Origin: Candidatus Omnitrophota bacterium
Lineage (GTDB): Bacteria > Omnitrophota > Gorgyraeia > Gygaellales > Profunditerraquicolaceae
Direction: 5' to 3'
Assembly (NCBI GenBank): GCA_030018895.1
Contig: JASEHM010000001.1
Coordinates: 2,199 to 66,198 of the forward strand
Length of the DNA stretch: 64,000 bases
The notes under the pieces: generated by a model
What the model was told of the DNA's origin: nothing
What the model saw: the letters and a program-made list of their open reading frames with translations, nothing else
Databases searched by the model: none
Position numbers and translations under genes: made by a program
Shown: positions 63,001-64,000 of the stretch, one piece after another
Position numbering within the stretch: position 1 is the stretch's first letter
Layout: each line of letters opens with the position of its first letter

Positions 63001-64000
63001 CTGGTGATTGTACCGGAGGCAAGGGGAAAAATTTTAGCTATAACCAATAGTTCGGATTCCGAGCTATGGCTTAATGAGGAGCTGGCAAAGTTAAAGAAAA
63101 AAGGCACGAAAATAACAGGTCGGATACTTTTCAATGCCGGACAAGAGGCCAAGGAAAAATTAAATGAGTTCCTTGAAAGGGAAATAGGCATCAAATTCAC
63201 CGATCTGAAAAGGCCGTTAGCCGGGTTGGTGCGCCGCTGGGTGGAATACAAAGAGCAGATTATATTCCGCGATATCATGGAATGGTTGGTTGGCGATAGG
63301 GAAGATACCGAGAAGATATACTATTTGCCTTGGAGTGTTGCTGCCGAGCAGATACTTTTCGAAGCGAGGCTGGATGTGGATAGGATTTTCGAAGAGTTGG
63401 TCAAAAAAAATTATATAACGCAGGAATTTTGCGTTAAAGATATCTCCCGAAAATTAGACCAGGATTTTAAAGCCGCTTTTCCGAAATACGGCGAGTCGGA
63501 ATTTGATAAAATTGAGGCTGTTTTACAGTCTGCTATTGAAGGTAAGAAGCTTGCGGTGAATCATGGGTTAGGTATGAATGTCCTTTTAGGCGGGGTTGGG
63601 CGCGACGAGGTCGGCAAGAAATGGTTTGAGCAATTTGAACAGTTAGCTCAAGAAGAGAAATTCAAGGGTAAGTTTATAATGCTTAAAGGTTTGGATATTG
63701 AAAAAATGAAGCTTGCCACGCAGGCAGTTGATGTATGGGTAAGCGAGCCGCGGTCGACGAGAGAGGCAAGCGGGACCAGCGATCATCGCCCTGCCTTTAA
63801 CGGCCATCTTAATATCGCTACCTTAACCGGCGGACCAATGGAATACATTAAGCACGGGACTAATGGCTGGCTGATGGATGTTTTTGCTGGGACAGGTTAT
63901 TCTTTTGTCGATCTTGTCTGCGCCATGCAGGGAGGTGATCGGTATGCGGAGGTGGTACAGCTGTATCGAGCGCGTTCACAGCGGCTCCTCGGTAAATACT
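1..64000 (+). CDS. Internal fragment of a giant multi-domain membrane-associated protein gene. Frame +1 is open across the whole window, at least 21,333 codons, with both ends outside the window.
   Basis: Frame 1 (positions congruent to 1 mod 3) has no TAA/TAG/TGA in any of more than 60 lines I checked, including all repeat regions. The ORF track lists no frame-1 ORF; every minus-strand ORF is 210 aa or shorter and looks like shadow noise. The frame-1 translation is K/E-rich and contains recognisable domain motifs (M23, LysM, HATPase_c, REC, GGEEF, sigma-70, PEP-utilizing, phosphorylase). Confidence 0.8.
619..686. repeat. Palindromic hairpin module of the GTCATTCC...GGGAATGAC / GATGCCCGCTTTCGCGGGCATGAC type. 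It is internal only, without the outer termini.
   Basis: Two adjacent perfect or near-perfect hairpins (ttccc-gcgaaaga-gggaa; gcccgc-tttc-gcgggc). Same module type as at 23,652 and 43,008. In-frame in the giant ORF. Confidence 0.55.
5800..7200 (+). other. Glycine-rich hydrophobic region of the giant protein containing predicted transmembrane helices.
   Basis: Frame-1 translation includes VGATALVVTGCVFAAPVILAGGAVGAVGTILIGTGVSIITGLA, followed by G-rich segments with small-xxx-small (glycine-zipper-like) spacing. Confidence 0.5.
9600..11500 (+). other. Degenerate SF2 helicase-like ATPase domain (DExH-type motif II, C-terminal helicase motifs V/VI).
   Basis: Motifs in order: QKAGGAKS (weak Walker A-like); VVRFDEFH (DExH motif II, about 10,420); LGASGT (motif III-like, about 11,010); ISNQRGATGIDYQGNFDVVVFDG...LLQAINRNLR (helicase C motifs V/VI, about 11,340-11,480). 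Confidence 0.4.
14270..14300 (+). other. HExxH (HEITH) zinc-metallopeptidase-like motif.
   Basis: Frame-1 VALFHEITHSF. Motif-only evidence. Confidence 0.2.
15178..15242. repeat. Truncated left half of the palindromic element (left terminus GTAACAGTTCAGCCCCCGGAAG plus left arm GTCATTGCGAGGAGCGGCAGCGACGAAGCAATCTC).
   Basis: Matches the left end of the complete copy at 19,294. No right half is present. In-frame. Confidence 0.6.
16370..16669. repeat. Composite palindromic element made of several nested hairpin modules, with right terminus CTTCCGAAGGCTGAACTGTTAC.
   Basis: Hairpin gtcattgcgagggcaaagcccgaagcaatctc/gattgcttcgccttcggctcgcaatgac; hairpin gtcattccgagcgagg.../...tcgctcgggatgac; degenerate left terminus gtaacagatcaac. 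In-frame and stop-free. Confidence 0.65.
17330..18040 (+). other. Cluster of predicted transmembrane helices.
   Basis: Long hydrophobic runs, e.g. ILVFAVFVVSSSLPATPLLGLTF, LAVLEFVMAVLIPGKSFGAVLTTVSSTVLLQAVIAASSLIGL, VIIGMSGIAGVGIGFVSANPVLLNFVIGIVAGWLLI. Confidence 0.5.
17511..17780 (+). CDS. Hypothetical 89-aa ORF in frame 3, nested out-of-frame inside the giant ORF, with a canonical Shine-Dalgarno sequence.
   Basis: GGAGG at 17,500-17,504, 6 nt before ATG at 17,511. The ORF is listed in the track. This may be coincidental or a relic start of a captured gene. Confidence 0.12.
   Translation: MCPIKFNELQFNHIVESATGPTVFAAARENGSRHFRLFLINEETGSVRVRNGSANTWEELWGSAHDSIINCLIASRNSCILTYRTRTGF
19294..19429. 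repeat. Complete palindromic (MITE/RPE-like) element with terminal inverted repeats and a central GTCATTGCGAG...CTCGCAATGAC hairpin.
   Basis: gtaatagttcagctcttggaagcg ... gtcattgcgagcgaccgaagggagcgaagcaatc tcaaaaacgt gattgcttcgtcgctgtcgctcctcgcaatgac ... cgcttccaagcgctgaactgttac. The terminal inverted repeats have 1 mismatch. In-frame. Confidence 0.75.
19610..20180 (+). other. Cluster of predicted transmembrane helices. A further helix lies at about 20,860-20,960.
   Basis: YLVILAFVVAFAAAYLMSIPAGSIAALY, LFGLFMACITLAVIMLQYSFTAVIGVM, VSVIVFLIVSLVLITAPEAVLGLAVFVNALIVTLLF. Confidence 0.45.
21880..22075. repeat. Degenerate tandem array (about 6 units of 27-36 bp) built from the ...GCTCGCAATGAC arm of the palindromic element. 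All six frames are open here.
   Basis: Repeated cgcaatgac-gaRRRGgcgcaaaatgcggWcgctYg units. The track shows overlapping ORFs on both strands (21811..22047, 21858..22211 on -; 21878..22225 on +), as expected for a low-complexity repeat. Frame 1 reads ARNDE/ACNDV-type peptide repeats. Confidence 0.7.
22100..22445 (+). other. Peptidase M23 (LytM/lysostaphin-like) domain.
   Basis: NGHEGLDFRA (HxxxD), GIVFYAGEGNGYGKVVIINHNNGYFTLYAHN, GQKIGLVGKSGNAEQIGEMLHFEIR (G-S-G...HxH-like). The motif order and spacing are canonical. Confidence 0.85.
23350..23540 (+). other. LysM-like peptidoglycan-binding domain.
   Basis: YTVRKGDTLWRLF...YQLNPQI...IIYPGENIKI matches the LysM consensus (YtVkkGDTLwsIA...N.l.......i.pGq.l.iP). 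Confidence 0.6.
23627..23785. repeat. Palindromic element, GTCATTCC subfamily, about 90% identical to the copy at 42,976-43,138. Right terminus GAACTTCAGAAAGCTGAACTGTTAC.
   Basis: ttcagaagtaaatcagggtgtcattcccacccctgttttcacgggggtaaactccagcgggaattcaagaggggatgacagaatggatgcccgttttcacgggcatgac...gctgaactgttac. In-frame. Confidence 0.7.
31770..32200 (+). other. Cluster of predicted transmembrane helices.
   Basis: IPVWLRIVLYMVLSALSIWLIPSSL, GIFFIAIVATARLFLG, FWGAVSIVTLGFIVYIIGFVAVNWIFMPIPF, AVLVALSVSPFLDMFFLTYFSIANLM. Confidence 0.45.
33850..34760 (+). other. Large polytopic membrane segment with 8 or more predicted transmembrane helices.
   Basis: VTVWVIILYYLANLNPWFGLAFSLWFTSILLAQAI, ISVAAALLLFIAFASF, IVWLPQIATIVGWLTFIFLLEPV, LLNIANVGLGFILGIVDFVANIM, LSILTGILLLSLPDSLPAWILISCIAIAGSIGFGL. 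Confidence 0.5.
34846..37446 (+). repeat. Copy 1 of the in-frame tandem duplication. The unit is 2,601 bp (867 codons) and has higher GC3 codon usage than its flanks.
   Basis: The offset to copy 2 is exactly 2,601 bp, which is 3 x 867. All five minus-strand track ORFs in the unit recur at +2,601 with identical translations (e.g. 35248..35484 = 37849..38085). Confidence 0.9.
37447..40047 (+). repeat. Copy 2 of the in-frame tandem duplication.
   Basis: See copy 1. Junction ...gaaggattgatgaggaag|aagaaagcagaagagag... The unit begins with a K/E/S/T-rich linker (KKAEERQNAKGSSPVTTSSPIPTLNNTQPDQ). Confidence 0.9.
40290..41340 (+). other. N-terminal half of a glycogen/starch synthase (GT5, GlgA-like) domain.
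   Basis: KVGGIADVAEGLPEA (compare KTGGLADVVGALP); LLLSDWQTGLL (compare HAHDWHTGL), about 130 aa downstream as in GlgA; VTVSQAYAREI...GILNGTPKEWKYITD (compare TVSPTYAEEI...GIvNGiD...WnP.tD). Confidence 0.6.
41340..41830 (+). pseudogene. Decayed continuation of the GT5-like domain. The ancestral reading frame has shifted to frame 3, while frame 1 remains open as atypical Cys/Arg/Leu-rich 'linker'.
   Basis: Frame-1 translation here (GGAGCIDSERCRLGLLRCCRKTREFLFWQGFRVGILLMISLF...) is unlike the rest of the protein. The frame-3 ORF 41568..41792 reads ...EVLQENKGIFVLAGFPGW...SNGEVKGRT...AEIIKG, resembling the GlgA C-domain LLEQGGQLALLGAGDP...YPGQVGV...AHRIYAG. The expected distal GT5 motifs (SRFEPCG, TGGL) are missing. 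Confidence 0.35.
41568..41792 (+). CDS. 74-aa frame-3 ORF with a strong Shine-Dalgarno sequence (AAAGGAGG, 6-nt spacer). It is probably a fossil fragment of the GT5 C-terminal domain rather than an independent gene.
   Basis: SD at 41,554-41,561; ATG at 41,568. The product is globular-looking and GlgA-C-domain-like (see the pseudogene entry). Confidence 0.2.
   Translation: MYRLREVQIRSFEVLQENKGIFVLAGFPGWHSTYDFLIQSNGEVKGRTHDNWQLLTDETAEIIKGKFKEVLTRN
42130..42500 (+). other. Histidine-kinase-type ATPase domain (HATPase_c).
   Basis: N-box IRKIIEHILREIFQNSVKH; G1 IIDNGEGI; G2 GRGLSYLNKLL; followed by the G3-like GEGKGTRVRFFLP. Confidence 0.8.
42630..42975 (+). other. Response-regulator receiver (REC) domain, preceded by an H-box-like segment (FIIHEINNILCTV, about 42,540-42,580).
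   Basis: ILVVDDEENICVILQ...LVLIDYTLPGGDGLQL...IPIFIMTGRS...KPFKFEELLKKV has the acid pocket DD...D, the T/S and the K of the canonical REC fold. Confidence 0.85.
42976..43138. repeat. Complete palindromic element (GTCATTCC subfamily) with both termini, inserted exactly at the C-terminal boundary of the REC domain.
   Basis: gtaacagttcagcgttcagaagtaaatcagggtgtcattctcgcccccgttttcacggggg...gatgccagttttcacgggtatgac...gaacttccggaagctgaactgttac. In-frame (163 bp). Confidence 0.75.
43184..43272. repeat. Adjacent GTCATTGCGAG...GAAGCAATC/GATTGCTTC...CTCGCAAT(TGCA)ATGAC hairpin module without outer termini.
   Basis: gtcattgcgagcccgccacactttgtggcgaggcgaagcaatc acttttttga gattgcttcttgcttcggtttcgcctcgcaattgcaatgac. 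In-frame. Confidence 0.6.
44440..44950 (+). other. GGDEF diguanylate-cyclase domain with an intact GGEEF active site and an RxxD I-site.
   Basis: DSRTGLYNAWYLKEEL...[27 protein letters not shown]...RKTDIVCRYGGEEFMIIL...ADQAVYIAKAKGRNR. Confidence 0.85.
52822..52975. repeat. Second repeat family, full copy. It begins with tandem GGAAACTGTTTCC palindromes and translates in-frame to a Cys-containing peptide (ETVSSAIGTVGCSEVDISCSALKMKGFVGSPVSRLLEIAGSPV).
   Basis: About 95% identical over about 125 bp to the copy at 61,444-61,570. The partial copy is at 54,918-55,000. Confidence 0.65.
53214..53270. repeat. Solo-termini form of the palindromic element: a 55-bp near-perfect palindrome CCGAAGGTAACAGTTCAGCGTTTGGAAG|TTCCAAGCGCTGAACTGTTACCTTCGG with no internal module.
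   Basis: Read directly. In-frame, encoding RPKVTVQRLEVPSAELLPSE. Confidence 0.65.
53690..54480 (+). other. Sigma-70 family domain (regions 2, 3 and 4) embedded in the giant protein.
   Basis: Region 2: GLIGLAEAVERHDYRKGILFSTYADCWIKREI (compare [32 protein letters not shown]). Region 2.4/3: SDIWIPVYM (compare RTIRIPVHM). Region 4.2: SYRKIGELLGYTGERIRQLKKQALLDLKQL. Confidence 0.7.
54918..55000. repeat. Second repeat family, internally deleted copy (caattgggaaactgtc aattgggaaactgtttccagcttaatcgggacagtg...gccggctcggaagtgg).
   Basis: Shares the start (ggaaactgtttccagc.taatcgggacagtg) and end (gccggctcg) with the copy at 52,822. Confidence 0.5.
56280..57330 (+). other. PEP-utilizing enzyme domain (PtsI/PPDK/PEP-synthase-like): phosphohistidine mobile domain plus C-terminal TIM-barrel.
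   Basis: CAGTPQAHYALLAESERIPVFII (compare GGRTSHAAIVARELGIPAVVG; the His is present). GIGLVRTENL (signature GlGLfRTEfL). MFPMVEDVSDLQAI. IGIMVETKKVV. FFSVGSNDLIHF (compare FFSIGTNDLTQY). LCGDLA. Confidence 0.7.
61444..61570. repeat. Second repeat family, third copy (GGAAACTGTTTCCAGCGCAATCTTGGCAGTGGGATGCAGTGAAGTTGACATAAGCTGTTCTGCTTTGTTGAAAATGAAGGGGTTCGTCGGTTCGCCAGTTAGCCGGTTACTTGAAACCGCC).
   Basis: Near-identical to 52,845-52,975. In-frame. Confidence 0.65.
61650..64000 (+). other. Alpha-glucan/glycogen phosphorylase (GT35)-like domain, running off the window end. The PLP-binding lysine is replaced.
   Basis: AIASPVRDLF (compare LAxAVRDRL); ASGGLGFLAGE (compare GNGGLGRLAAC); ILFTTHTPEVAALP (compare VFTTHTPVPAG); DVWVSEPRSTREASGTSDHRPAFNGHLNIATLTGG (compare [34 protein letters not shown]). 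The MK of ...GTSGMK... is HR here. Confidence 0.65.

Noticed and set aside
1-64000. Alternative reading of the window as many ordinary genes on the + strand.
   Set aside because: Frame +1 contains no stop codon anywhere, so there are no gene boundaries. The recognisable domains are all in that same frame, except the frame-3 GT5 relic.
1-64000. rRNA, tRNA, promoters and terminators.
   Set aside because: No rRNA-like conserved blocks or tRNA cloverleaf candidates were noticed. Intrinsic terminators or promoters inside a continuous ORF would not be meaningful to call. The hairpin-plus-T-run shapes seen are the palindromic elements.

Overview
This AT-rich, Lys/Glu-codon-rich window has one overriding feature: reading frame +1 (codons starting at positions 1, 4, 7 ...) contains no stop codon anywhere in the 64,000 nt.

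I translated the frame across the window and re-checked more than 60 individual 60-nt lines, including all repeat regions, and found none. The ORF track lists no frame-1 ORF at all. The six-frame ORF track shows only short minus-strand ORFs (210 aa or less), which are shadow ORFs of the + strand, and a handful of + strand ORFs in frames 2 and 3. The window is therefore best explained as an internal fragment, open at both ends, of a single giant gene of at least 21,333 codons on the + strand. This resembles the giant multi-domain genes reported from Omnitrophota-like bacteria, but that attribution is inference.

The encoded polypeptide is a mosaic of:
- several clusters of predicted transmembrane helices;
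- a degenerate SF2 helicase-like ATPase;
- an M23 (LytM) peptidase plus LysM cell-wall module;
- a glycogen-synthase (GT5)-like domain whose C-terminal half is frameshifted into frame 3;
- an HATPase_c + H-box + receiver + GGEEF signalling block;
- a sigma-70 (regions 2-4) domain;
- a PEP-utilizing-enzyme domain;
- an alpha-glucan phosphorylase (GT35)-like domain that lacks the PLP lysine.

The gene also carries a 2,601-bp tandem duplication whose ORF-track entries are identical between the two copies; the unit is in-frame and has visibly higher GC3 codon usage than the surrounding sequence.

At least eight loci hold in-frame insertions of a structured palindromic (MITE/RPE-like) element family with termini GTAACAGTTCAGC...GCTGAACTGTTAC and hairpin modules GTCATTGCGAG...CTCGCAATGAC or GTCATTCC...GGGAATGAC. 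A second repeat family is built on a GGAAACTGTTTCC palindrome.

No rRNA, tRNA or CRISPR array was recognised. All domain assignments rest on motif-level reading of the translation and cannot be confirmed without database searches.
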